A stretch of DNA of 64,000 nucleotides from an uncultured Bacilli bacterium (GTDB taxonomy: Bacteria; Bacillota_I; Bacilli_A; RF39; UBA660): positions 22,586 through 86,585 of the forward strand of contig CAKPDH010000001.1 in NCBI GenBank assembly GCA_934148845.1, written 5' to 3'. Shown here one piece after another: positions 40,375 to 50,272 of the stretch. Made by a program: the position numbers and the translations under genes. The stretch's first letter is position 1. Each line of letters opens with the position of its first letter. A model generated the notes under the pieces. The model was given only the letters and a program-made list of their open reading frames with translations, searched no databases and had not been told where the DNA came from.

Positions 40375-41982
40375 ATGAGTAAATATAGAAAGAAACAATT
40401 TATTACAGTAGGTATGCTTTTAGTAGCCATAGTAGGACTTTCAATAGGATTTTCAGCTTTATCAACTCTATTAAATATAGAGACAAATATAGCAGTAAAT
40501 CCAAATAAAGGCGAACTTGGAGTTATGTTTTCATCAAGTGAAACAAGTCTTAAAACAGATTCTATAAAGCCTATTACAAGTTCAAAAGTAGTAGATGCAA
40601 AAGATGCAATTATAGATAATAGTGGAACTCCAACAATAAAGAATTTAAGTGTAGCACTAACAAGTCCAGGTCAAAGTGCTACATATGAGTTTTATGCTAT
40701 GAATACAGGAAGTGTAACTGCATATTTAAATAGTATAAATTTTGGAGAAAAGAAATGTGAAGCAAATACAGGAACATCACAAGAAAGTGTAGATCTTGCG
40801 TGTAGTGGTATAAGGGTAAGTATAAAATTTGGAAGTGATATAACAGAATATACGGGAACAACTACATTAACAGGTCATCCGCTTCCAACTAATACAGTAG
40901 AAAAAGTAACTGTAACTATAATGTATGCAAAAGATGCAAGTGAAGCTGATGGTGGATTTAAAGTAAATTATGGAACTATTAGTGTAGGATATAATGCAAT
41001 AGATGGAGGGGAATCTTCTTCACCAGACACTAATGTATGTGAAAATATTACTGAAAAAAGCTTTGGCGCTTGTACATATAAGGATAATGATAGTTCAGGG
41101 ACTATTACTAAAGGTGATAACATTATATGTGGAACAGAAGAATTTATAGCATTATCAAGCCCATCAAATGGAAGAGTAACGATGATTACAAAATATAATC
41201 TTAATGTATCAACATCTGGTATAGAAGTTTATGCTGGAATTGATTCATCCGAAAAATATCCTTGTGCAGTTGAAGGATATCAAGATGAACATGTAAGAGG
41301 TGACTTAAATGAATATGATCCAGCTAATTTACCATATTTAAGACAATATATATTTAGATTTACGGACTTAGGATCAGGATCAGGTACAGGGTCTATGCCA
41401 TCAGCAGAAGTTGTATCAAAAACATCATGTGCTGGATCTAATTTTAGTGGATCAGGATGTCAAGATGAAATTGCATATTTTGGATATGGAATAGTACTAT
41501 TTTATGATATAGATGCAACACATGGATATTGGATTGATAGCGCTGATTCAACAAAATTAGATAGTAATTTCTGTACTAATGGTGATTGTACTTTAAAATA
41601 TCCATTAGATGTATATGATAAAGTAAATTCAAGTTCAAAAAGAGGAACACTTACAAAGACATTTATAGATTCTTATGCAGGAAAATTTAATGATTTAGTA
41701 ACTACTGCAGGCGCAACAGGTAGATTATTAAATTTAAAAGATTTAACTGATTTTGGGTGTACAATAATAGATCAATATGGCGGTTTTAGCTGTCCAAACG
41801 ATTTATATTCATTGACATCATTTTACACTGGGGTAGCAAGTGATTCTGACACACTTTATGGTTTTTATTTAGACAAAGATGGCTTTAATGGTAGCCGTTA
41901 TTCACCTATTAATTCAATAGAAAAATATGGTATACGACCTGTCTTAGAAATAAATGAATCAATAATTTCAAGTAGTAATTAA
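40375..41982 (+). CDS. Secreted or anchored 12-cysteine surface protein, unknown function
   Basis: N-terminal KKQFITVGMLLVAIVGLSIGFSAL anchor. 12 Cys arranged in close pairs. The C-terminus YGIRPVLEI resembles the GxRPV(I/L) ending of a domain common in Firmicute pilin-like/surface proteins. Confidence 0.6.
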   Translation: MSKYRKKQFITVGMLLVAIVGLSIGFSALSTLLNIETNIAVNPNKGELGVMFSSSETSLKTDSIKPITSSKVVDAKDAIIDNSGTPTIKNLSVALTSPGQSATYEFYAMNTGSVTAYLNSINFGEKKCEANTGTSQESVDLACSGIRVSIKFGSDITEYTGTTTLTGHPLPTNTVEKVTVTIMYAKDASEADGGFKVNYGTISVGYNAIDGGESSSPDTNVCENITEKSFGACTYKDNDSSGTITKGDNIICGTEEFIALSSPSNGRVTMITKYNLNVSTSGIEVYAGIDSSEKYPCAVEGYQDEHVRGDLNEYDPANLPYLRQYIFRFTDLGSGSGTGSMPSAEVVSKTSCAGSNFSGSGCQDEIAYFGYGIVLFYDIDATHGYWIDSADSTKLDSNFCTNGDCTLKYPLDVYDKVNSSSKRGTLTKTFIDSYAGKFNDLVTTAGATGRLLNLKDLTDFGCTIIDQYGGFSCPNDLYSLTSFYTGVASDSDTLYGFYLDKDGFNGSRYSPINSIEKYGIRPVLEINESIISSSN

Positions 41983-42004
41983 TGTAGATGATATCATCTA
42001 CATT
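41981..42004 (+). terminator. Perfect 24-nt palindrome overlapping the stop codon (hairpin; weak T tract)
   Basis: AATGTAGATGAT/ATCATCTACATT. It shares AATGTAGATGA with the terminator at 34802. Confidence 0.45.
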
Positions 42005-42025
42005 AATTGTATAGGAGTATGATTT

Positions 42026-43537
42026 ATGATAAAAAAAATATTAAAAATAATTACAAATATAATATTTATAATATCTCTTTTAGTTTTATTTGTATCAATA
42101 TATATTAATCATTTTTTTGAGGGAGTATCTTTTGAATTAATATTATATTCAATAGTAAATTTTAAAGGTACTAGCATATCTGTAATACTTAGAGGACTTA
42201 TATTTATTTCTTTAATTTTTATATCTTTATTTATATTTATAAAATTAATTAAATTATTATTAAAAAAAATAAAAATATATGATAAAGCTTTAAAAATAAT
42301 TACTAAAATAAAATATATATTAAAAATTCTTATAATAGTTATATCTTTAATTATTTCATATAAATTATTAAAAATAGATGACTTTTACAATATGCTTAGA
42401 AACAGCACTTCTATATATGAAGATTATTATGTTGATCCAAGAAAAGTCGAAATAAAATTTCCAAAAGATAAGCAAAACTTAATATATATATATTTAGAAT
42501 CTATGGAAATGACAGGGGCTAGTAAAAAAAATGGCGGCTTTGTTTCTAGATCTTATATTCCAAATCTTGAAAGTCTTGCTCTAAATAATATTAATTTTAG
42601 TAATACATCAAATTTAGGAGGAGCAATTTCAATATATGGAACAAATTATACTTCTTCTTCTTTGGTCGCACAAACATCTGGTGTACAGTTAAAAGTGTCT
42701 ATTGGATGGGCTAAATATAAACATTTTGGTAAATCACTTCCAGGTGTTAAAAATCTTGGAGATATATTAGAAGAAAATGGATACAAAAACTATTTTATAA
42801 TGGGATCTGATGCTGATTATGGTGGTAGAAAAGATTATTTTAGACATGGTAATTATAAAATGCTTGATTACTACTGGGCAATAGATGAAAAAAAGATTGA
42901 TAAGGATTATTATGTATGGTGGGGATATGAAGATAAAAAATTGTTTGAATATGCTAAAGAACAATTAAAAACTATATCAAAAAATGACGAGCCATTTAAT
43001 TTTACAATGTTAACGGTAGATACTCATTTTACTGATGGATATATGGATGATTCTTGTAGTGTTCATTTTAATAAAAAATATGCTGATGCTATATATTGTT
43101 CTGATTCTAAAGTAGGAGAATTTATAGATTGGGTAAAAAAGCAGGATTTTTATAAGAATACAACAATAATAATAACAGGTGATCATTTAACAAAACAAAG
43201 ATTTTTTTATAGAGATTCAAATACATATAAAAGAACTATTTACAATTCAATAATTAATTCAAGAATTGAACCTATAAATGAAAAGAATAGATTATTTACA
43301 CCTTTTGATATGTTTCCAACAACTCTAGCAAGTATAGGAGTTACTATAGAAAATGATAGACTTGGACTTGGTACTAATCTTTTTTCAAACAAGAAAACAT
43401 TAGCTGAAGTAATGGGAATAGAAAAGTTAGAAAATGAACTTAAGAAAAAATCATTTTATTATGATAATGTTTTATTAAAAGATCATTATTATAAAATGCA
43501 AGAAGTGAGTGATACAAATGAAAAAAAATCTAATTAA
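42026..43537 (+). CDS. LtaS/MdoB-like sulfatase-family membrane protein (phosphoglycerol-transferase-like), tandem copy 1
   Basis: N-terminal TM block. IYIYLESME, TVDTHF, IIITGDHL, DRLGLGTNLFS. Confidence 0.7.
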   Translation: MIKKILKIITNIIFIISLLVLFVSIYINHFFEGVSFELILYSIVNFKGTSISVILRGLIFISLIFISLFIFIKLIKLLLKKIKIYDKALKIITKIKYILKILIIVISLIISYKLLKIDDFYNMLRNSTSIYEDYYVDPRKVEIKFPKDKQNLIYIYLESMEMTGASKKNGGFVSRSYIPNLESLALNNINFSNTSNLGGAISIYGTNYTSSSLVAQTSGVQLKVSIGWAKYKHFGKSLPGVKNLGDILEENGYKNYFIMGSDADYGGRKDYFRHGNYKMLDYYWAIDEKKIDKDYYVWWGYEDKKLFEYAKEQLKTISKNDEPFNFTMLTVDTHFTDGYMDDSCSVHFNKKYADAIYCSDSKVGEFIDWVKKQDFYKNTTIIITGDHLTKQRFFYRDSNTYKRTIYNSIINSRIEPINEKNRLFTPFDMFPTTLASIGVTIENDRLGLGTNLFSNKKTLAEVMGIEKLENELKKKSFYYDNVLLKDHYYKMQEVSDTNEKKSN

Positions 43538-45023
43538 AAAAATATTATTAGCTATTTTTATACTAATGTGCTCAACATTTATTTTAGGCTCATTATTTGT
43601 AAAAAAATTATTTCCAGATGTTGCTTTTGAAGAATTATATTTTTATTTAACTAACGGAGTAGAAAGTTCAGATAATAGTTTATTTATTTTAGGTTTAAAA
43701 AATTGTTTAATATTAATTATAATTTCTTCTATTATAATATATTTTATAATTGATAAGATGTATATAACAAATATTATACTTAAAAAAAAGAAAAATTTAT
43801 TAAAGATTTTTAAAATAGTATATTTAAATTTGTTTCTTATTTTAAGCTTATATATATTAGCGTATAATTTAAATTTCTTTAAATATTTAAAGGACCAAAA
43901 TTCTATATCTGAATTAATAGAAAAAAGATATGTTGATCCTAAGAAAGTAGATGTTAAATTTCCTCTTAAAAAAAATTTAATAATGATTTATGTTGAATCT
44001 TTAGAAACATCACTTTTTACAAAAGAACAGGGCGGATATTGGGACTATAGTGTTATAGGTGAGTTATATGATCTTTTAAATGATTCTGATTCAACTGTAT
44101 TTTATCAAAGTAATAAAGCCCAATCTATGGAAATGCTTGATACAAGTGCTTGGACTACAGCATCAGTAGTTGCTAATTCTTCAGGATTACCATTTAAAAT
44201 ACCTATAAAAAGAAATTCATATCACTCAAGTAATTTTATGGATGGTGCTTATACACTTGGAGATTTATTAAAAGATAATGGTTATTATAATGAATTAATA
44301 TCATCAGCTCGTACTTCTTTTGGTGGAATAAAAGAATATTTTAAACGACATGGAAATTTTAAAATAATAGATATAAATTCTTATGCTAATTTTGATTTAC
44401 AAATAACCAAAGATGATATGTGTAAATGGGGATTTAACGATAAGTTTTTATTTGATAGTGCAAAAAAAAGATTAAATGTTATAAAAAATATGGATAAGCC
44501 ATTTAATTTAGTACTTCAAACTATTGATACACATTATGTTGATGGATATATAGGAAATTATTCTGTTAATAAATATGATACTAGATATGAAAATGTATAT
44601 GCTACAGAATCTAAATTAATTGTTAATTTTATAAATTGGGTTAAGAAGCAAGATTTTTATAAAGATACTACTATAGTTATAGTAGGGGATCATTTATCTA
44701 TGCAAACATCATATTTTGAATCTAGAGGTGCTAATAAGAGATATGTATATAATTGTTATATAAATTCAGCAATAGAAAAATCTAATACAAGTAATAGAAT
44801 ATATACTGCACTTGATACATATCCTACTGTACTTTCTAGTATAGGAGCTATAGTAGATGGTGATAGACTTGGTCTTGGTACTAATTTATTTTCAGATAAA
44901 AAGACATTAGCAGAAGAATACGGATTTGATAAATTAAATAAAGAATTAAATAAAAAATCTGTGTTTTACAATAAAAAGATCTTAAAAAAAGATTATGATG
45001 ATATGATAAAAGAAAAAAACTAG
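43518..45023 (+). CDS. LtaS/MdoB-like sulfatase-family membrane protein, tandem copy 2
   Basis: Collinear with copy 1 (VDPKKVDVKFP, IMIYVESLE, TIDTHY, WVKKQDFYKDTTIVIVGDHL, DRLGLGTNLFSDKKTLAE). ATG 43518 preferred. Confidence 0.7.
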   Translation: MKKNLIKKILLAIFILMCSTFILGSLFVKKLFPDVAFEELYFYLTNGVESSDNSLFILGLKNCLILIIISSIIIYFIIDKMYITNIILKKKKNLLKIFKIVYLNLFLILSLYILAYNLNFFKYLKDQNSISELIEKRYVDPKKVDVKFPLKKNLIMIYVESLETSLFTKEQGGYWDYSVIGELYDLLNDSDSTVFYQSNKAQSMEMLDTSAWTTASVVANSSGLPFKIPIKRNSYHSSNFMDGAYTLGDLLKDNGYYNELISSARTSFGGIKEYFKRHGNFKIIDINSYANFDLQITKDDMCKWGFNDKFLFDSAKKRLNVIKNMDKPFNLVLQTIDTHYVDGYIGNYSVNKYDTRYENVYATESKLIVNFINWVKKQDFYKDTTIVIVGDHLSMQTSYFESRGANKRYVYNCYINSAIEKSNTSNRIYTALDTYPTVLSSIGAIVDGDRLGLGTNLFSDKKTLAEEYGFDKLNKELNKKSVFYNKKILKKDYDDMIKEKN

Positions 45024-45042
45024 CAAATTTGCTAGTTTTTTT
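45014..45042 (+). terminator. Rho-independent terminator
   Basis: AAAAAACTAGCAAA/TTTGCTAGTTTTTT palindrome with T-run. Confidence 0.7.
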
Positions 45043-45065
45043 GTATAATTAAGAAGGTGATTAAA

Positions 45066-47213
45066 ATGACTGAATTACTTTCACCAGTTGGTAGTATGGA
45101 ATGTTTGATGGCTGCTATAAATGCAGGATGTGATGCAGTATACTTTGCTGGTAGAAATTTTGGAGCCCGTATGTTTGCTTCAAATTTTTCTGATGAAGAT
45201 ATAATAAAAGCTATAAATATTTGCCATTTATATGGAGTAAAGGCATACATAACAGTAAATACTCTTATATATGATAATGAAGTAGAAAGATTTTTGAAAT
45301 ATGTAGACTTTATTTATAAACAGGGTGCTGATGCTATTATTATGCAAGATATAGGAATGATAGACTTAGTAAGAAAAACATATCCAAATCTTGTAATACA
45401 TGTATCAACACAAGCACATATTCATAATTTAGAAGGCGTTAAGCTTATGGAAACTCTAGGAGTAAAAAGAGTAGTTTTAGCTCGCGAAACGCCTATAGAA
45501 CTTGTTAATGAAATAAAGAAAAATTCTAATATAGAGATAGAAGTTTTTGTACATGGCGCTCTTTGTATGAGTTATTCAGGCGAATGTTTAATGAGTGCTT
45601 TAATAGGTTCTAGAAGTGGAAATAGAGGTACTTGCGCACAGTGCTGTAGGCAAAAATATAGTTTAGAAGTAGATAATAAAATAGTATTAAAAGATAAATA
45701 TTTATTAAGTACAAAAGATTTAAATACTTTAAATTATATAAATAAACTTGTTAGTGCAAATATAGATAGTTTAAAAATAGAAGGAAGAATGAAAAGTAAA
45801 GAGTATGTATATCTTACGACAAGTATATATAGACTTGCTTTAGATAATTATAAAAAATATGGTAATACTAAAATTACAGAAGAAGATTTTATAAACTTAA
45901 AAAAAATATTTAATAGAGAATTTACAAAAGGATTTCTTTTTAATGAAGATAATGATTCTTTTACTAATATATATAGACCTAATCACATGGGAGTTAAAAT
46001 AGGTGAAGTAATTGATTATAAAAATAATGAGGCAATAATTAAATTGACTGATAATTTAAATATAAATGATGGTATTAGAATATTATCAGATTCTGATATA
46101 GGTTTTATTGTAACTAAGATGTATAAAGATTTAAAATCTATTAAGTCTGCTATTAAATCTGATATTATAAGAATTAAAACACCTAAAGTAAAAATAAAAT
46201 CAGATGTATTAAAAACTAGTGATTATTTACTTATAAATGATTTAAATAAAAAGATGAATATTAATAAAAAAATAAAAATTAATGGCGCTATTAATATAAG
46301 AAAAAATAGTCCTATAAAGTTTAGTATAAATGATTCTTCTAATTCTGTTTGTGTAGTAAGCGATTATATAGTAGAAGAATCTATTACATCAAAAATCACA
46401 AAAGAAAAAGTATTAAATCAAATAAATAGATTTGGTGATACTATATATGTACTTGAGAATTTAAACATAAAAATGGATGAAGATGTATTTATTCCAATAC
46501 AAGTTTTAAATGATTTAAGAAGAAAAGCAGTATTAGAATTAAATAATTTAAGAATGTATAAAAATAAATATATAAAGTCTAATTATAGTATAAGTGTAAA
46601 AGACTATAAAAGAGAAAATCTAAAAACATTATTAGTAAATGATTATGACTCTTTTATAAAAAATTATAATAAATATGATTTAATATATATAGATAAACTA
46701 GAATTATATAATAAAGTAAATGATAATAAATGTATACTTAAAATACCTAGAGTACAAGAACATCTAAAAGATTATAATATGAAACTTTTAGTAGGTGATC
46801 TTGGATCTTTATATAAATATAAAAATGTAGATACAGATTTTTCGCTTAATATAACTAATTCTTATTCAGTTGCTTATTTACATAGTATAGGTGTAAATAA
46901 AATAACTCTTTCATATGAATTAAATTATAAACAAGTTAAAAATTTAATAGAATGTTATAAAAGAAGATATAATAAAAAACCTAATGTTGAAGTTATAACA
47001 TCTGCCAGATGTGAAGCAATGGTATGTAAATATAATATGATAAAAAAATATAAAGGGAAAAATTTCTATCTAGTAGATAGATTTAACAATAAATATAAAT
47101 TAGTATATAAAGATAATCTTATGTATATATATGACTACAAAAGAATATTAAAAGATTATGATTATTATTCTATTGGAGTAAATTCAATTAGAACTAATAT
47201 GGAGGATTTATAG
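45066..47213 (+). CDS. Peptidase U32 family protein (long, fused form)
   Basis: ELLSPVGSMECLMAAINAGCDAVYFAG, VSTQ, LARE, and the Cys cluster CMSYSGECLMS...GNRGTCAQCCR, which is typical of U32/PrtC-like proteins. ATG 45066 after AAGGTGA. Confidence 0.8.
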   Translation: MTELLSPVGSMECLMAAINAGCDAVYFAGRNFGARMFASNFSDEDIIKAINICHLYGVKAYITVNTLIYDNEVERFLKYVDFIYKQGADAIIMQDIGMIDLVRKTYPNLVIHVSTQAHIHNLEGVKLMETLGVKRVVLARETPIELVNEIKKNSNIEIEVFVHGALCMSYSGECLMSALIGSRSGNRGTCAQCCRQKYSLEVDNKIVLKDKYLLSTKDLNTLNYINKLVSANIDSLKIEGRMKSKEYVYLTTSIYRLALDNYKKYGNTKITEEDFINLKKIFNREFTKGFLFNEDNDSFTNIYRPNHMGVKIGEVIDYKNNEAIIKLTDNLNINDGIRILSDSDIGFIVTKMYKDLKSIKSAIKSDIIRIKTPKVKIKSDVLKTSDYLLINDLNKKMNINKKIKINGAINIRKNSPIKFSINDSSNSVCVVSDYIVEESITSKITKEKVLNQINRFGDTIYVLENLNIKMDEDVFIPIQVLNDLRRKAVLELNNLRMYKNKYIKSNYSISVKDYKRENLKTLLVNDYDSFIKNYNKYDLIYIDKLELYNKVNDNKCILKIPRVQEHLKDYNMKLLVGDLGSLYKYKNVDTDFSLNITNSYSVAYLHSIGVNKITLSYELNYKQVKNLIECYKRRYNKKPNVEVITSARCEAMVCKYNMIKKYKGKNFYLVDRFNNKYKLVYKDNLMYIYDYKRILKDYDYYSIGVNSIRTNMEDL

Positions 47214-47632
47214 TGAATAAAGAAGTTTTAACATTAACAAAAAATGATATATTAGAATATATCAAATTTATAGAATCAGTATTTTTTTACACACCAGATA
47301 AAAAAGATATAGAAAAAATGCTAAAAGAAGAAAAAATATTAGTAATAAAAAATGAAAGTAAAATAATAGCGTCAATATCATTATCTTTAAGACATGATTA
47401 TATTAAAGGTAAAAAATACTATTATTTAAATTATTTTGGCGTATTAAAGACTTATAGAAGAATGGGATATGCTACAAGAATATTTGAGGAAGTAGAATCC
47501 TTAGTTAAAAAAAACAATATAAATTATATTGAACTAACAAGTGGAAATCAAAGAAAAAGTGCTCATTATTTTTATCAAAAAAATTTATTTAAAATAAAAG
47601 ACAGTACAGTTTTTATAAAAATATATGAGTAA
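47213..47632 (+). CDS. GNAT-family N-acetyltransferase
   Basis: FGVLKTYRRMGYATRIF acetyl-CoA motif. FYQKNLF near the C-terminus. The GTG start overlaps the U32 stop. Confidence 0.65.
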   Translation: MNKEVLTLTKNDILEYIKFIESVFFYTPDKKDIEKMLKEEKILVIKNESKIIASISLSLRHDYIKGKKYYYLNYFGVLKTYRRMGYATRIFEEVESLVKKNNINYIELTSGNQRKSAHYFYQKNLFKIKDSTVFIKIYE

Positions 47633-47696
47633 TTTCTAGGATTTTATTTAGTATAATGCATAAAAATATTATTATAACTAAAGGCATGATTATATT

Positions 47697-47721
47697 AAGA
47701 AGAATTTATCTTCTTTTTTTT
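47697..47721 (+). terminator. Rho-independent terminator
   Basis: AAGAAGA-ATTTA-TCTTCTT followed by T6. Confidence 0.6.
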
Positions 47722-47778
47722 GATTTTAAAAGGAAATATATAAAACGTATGGAATGATATTAATGAGGAGGTGATAAT

Positions 47779-49857
47779 ATTAAAAAATATCCATTTGTTT
47801 TGCAAGATGAATCTAAGGATTGTGGAGTTGCATGTCTTATGATGATAATTAAATATTATAAAGGTTACATAAATAAAAATGAATTACAAGATTTAACTAA
47901 GACAACTAAAGAAGGAACGACCGCATATAATTTAAAATTAGCATTAACTAATATTGGATTTAGTGTTAAAGGTGTTTCTTGTAAATTAGAAGATATTACT
48001 TGTAATAATATAATTTTACCCTGTATTGCAAATGTAACAATAAATAAGCTATATAAACATTTTGTTGTTATATATGAAATAAATTTTAAACACAAATATA
48101 TTATAGTAGCAGATCCTAAAGATAAGATTAAAAAAATAAAATATGAAGATTTTGATAAAATATTTAACGATGTATTATTAATATTCTTTCCAATAAAAAA
48201 ATTGCCAATAAATAAAAATATATCAAAACTTAATTTTTATAAAACATTAATCACACCCCATAAAAAAGAATTAATTAATATAATAATTTTATCTTTATTT
48301 GTAACTATTTTTTCAATTATAAATTCTTTTTATACACAAAATATGATTGATTCAATAAATAGTTATTCAATGTATTCTATAACTTATTTCTTTATTATAT
48401 TTTTAATTATTAATATTCTAAAAATTATAACAGAATATTTTAGAAATATTTCATTAACTTATATAAATCAAAAATTAGATCTTTTACTAACATTAGATAT
48501 TTTTAATAAAATTATCAAACTTCCTTATCACTATTACAAAAACAGAACAACAGGAGATATTGTATCTAGAGTAAATGATTTAGAAAATATTAGAAATATA
48601 ATTAGTAAAGTCGCGCTTTCTATATTTATAGATCTTCCACTTACTGTAATAGCTTTAATAGCAATCTTTATAATAAATAAAACATTGTTTATTATAGGAA
48701 TTATTATTTTGATTTTATATTATTTAATAATTATATTATTTAGAAGTACATTTAATGAATATATAATGAATTTAAAAATTAAAAATAGTGATACACTTTC
48801 ATATATGATAGAATCTATTAATAATTTCGAAAGTATAAAAGGAATACATATGGAAGATATTATATGTAATAAGCTTGAATGTAAATATGTATCATATTTA
48901 ACTAAATTAATAAAATACCAAAAACTATATTTTATTAAAGAATTATTAAAAGATTTAATAAATAATATAGGCTTTATTATTATAATATTTATTGGTTGCA
49001 TACTTGTTATAAATAATAAAATTAGTTTAGGTGGTTTATTTACATTTACGTCACTTTTATCATATTTTTTAGAACCAATTAAAAATATTATTAATTTAGA
49101 TACTAATATAAAGGATGCTAATATATCTTTAAAAAGATTACTTGAACTTATGGGTTATAGTAAAAAAGAAGATGGAATTGTAAATAAATTTACAAATGGA
49201 GACATTATTATTAGAAATTTAAATTATACTTTTGATGATAGAAACTATATTTTAAAAAAGATTAATTTACATATATTAAATAAATCTAAAATTATGATAA
49301 TAGGTAAAAGTGGAAGTGGAAAAAGTACATTATTTAAAATATTAATGAAATATTATAAAGTAAAAAATAATAAAATTTTTATTGGAGGTATAGATTTAAA
49401 TAAATATACAAAAAGTGCAATAAATAATAATATTATATATATAAGTCAAAATGAGACTTTATTTACAGATACATTAATTAATAATGTTAATTTTAATAAT
49501 AGTGATAGTTCTAAGGTTATAGATGTATTTAAAATGTGCTACGTTGATTCTATCTTTGACAAAAATTTAGGATATAATATTTTAATAGAAGAGGGCGGTT
49601 TTAATTTATCTGGAGGTGAAAAGCAAAGAGTTGTACTTGCAAGATCTCTATTACAACCGTTTAATATATTAATAATAGATGAGGCTTTAAATCAAGTAGA
49701 CATAAAAATGGAAAGGAAAATATTAAAAAATGTTTTTAATTATTTTAAAGATAAAACAATTATTGTAATATCTCATAGATTAGATAATGCAGATTTGTTT
49801 GATAAGCTAATAAAAATAGAAAATAAAATAGCAAAAGAGGTAATAATAAATGGATAG
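47779..49857 (+). CDS. Bacteriocin-processing ABC exporter with N-terminal C39 peptidase domain (ComA/LagD type); probable ATT start
   Basis: (I/M)KKYPFVLQDESKDCGVACLMMIIKYYKG (catalytic Cys), HFVVIYEI (His), six TM. Walker A GKSGSGKST, signature LSGGEKQRVVLAR, Walker B ILIIDEA. The conserved KYPFVLQ is encoded upstream of the first canonical start (TTG 47800). Confidence 0.85.
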   Translation: MKKYPFVLQDESKDCGVACLMMIIKYYKGYINKNELQDLTKTTKEGTTAYNLKLALTNIGFSVKGVSCKLEDITCNNIILPCIANVTINKLYKHFVVIYEINFKHKYIIVADPKDKIKKIKYEDFDKIFNDVLLIFFPIKKLPINKNISKLNFYKTLITPHKKELINIIILSLFVTIFSIINSFYTQNMIDSINSYSMYSITYFFIIFLIINILKIITEYFRNISLTYINQKLDLLLTLDIFNKIIKLPYHYYKNRTTGDIVSRVNDLENIRNIISKVALSIFIDLPLTVIALIAIFIINKTLFIIGIIILILYYLIIILFRSTFNEYIMNLKIKNSDTLSYMIESINNFESIKGIHMEDIICNKLECKYVSYLTKLIKYQKLYFIKELLKDLINNIGFIIIIFIGCILVINNKISLGGLFTFTSLLSYFLEPIKNIINLDTNIKDANISLKRLLELMGYSKKEDGIVNKFTNGDIIIRNLNYTFDDRNYILKKINLHILNKSKIMIIGKSGSGKSTLFKILMKYYKVKNNKIFIGGIDLNKYTKSAINNNIIYISQNETLFTDTLINNVNFNNSDSSKVIDVFKMCYVDSIFDKNLGYNILIEEGGFNLSGGEKQRVVLARSLLQPFNILIIDEALNQVDIKMERKILKNVFNYFKDKTIIVISHRLDNADLFDKLIKIENKIAKEVIING

Positions 49858-50272
49858 TATAGATATTTATAATAATAAAGCTTGTATAATTGAAAATAAA
49901 TATATATACTCTAAATATTTTGTTATTATATTAATTATTATATTTATTTTATTAATTATATTTTCATTTATTCCTTTTAATATTTATAAGAATTATGTTG
50001 GTAGTGTTATTATAGAAAATAATACTTCGTATATTAAAATAGAAACAAATTTAAGTGATTTTCCTATAAATAAAAATAATAAATTATATATATTAAAAGA
50101 TAAGTATAATTATGAAATAATAAAAATAGAAAACAATAATGTTATTTTAAAAGTTAACTTAAAAGATAATATAAGAATTAATAATAATATTTTGCTTTTA
50201 AACATCTTAACTAATAGGACAACCTTATTTGATATTTTAAAATATAAATTAAAGAAAGGATTATGCATATGA
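49850..50272 (+). CDS. Small single-TM accessory protein of the bacteriocin exporter (140 aa)
   Basis: The ATG overlaps the ABC gene's 3' end by 8 nt. One N-terminal TM plus a beta-rich ectodomain. It occupies the slot of the HlyD/LcnD-type accessory protein but is about one third of that size. Confidence 0.55.
   Translation: MDSIDIYNNKACIIENKYIYSKYFVIILIIIFILLIIFSFIPFNIYKNYVGSVIIENNTSYIKIETNLSDFPINKNNKLYILKDKYNYEIIKIENNNVILKVNLKDNIRINNNILLLNILTNRTTLFDILKYKLKKGLCI

Noticed and set aside
47656-47757. 33-aa ORF (MHKNIIITKGMIILRRIYLLFFDFKRKYIKRME) upstream of the bacteriocin ABC gene. I considered it as an inducer peptide or another precursor.
   Set aside because: It has no GG leader and no RBS. 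It reads straight through the terminator hairpin of the preceding operon, so it is most likely fortuitous.
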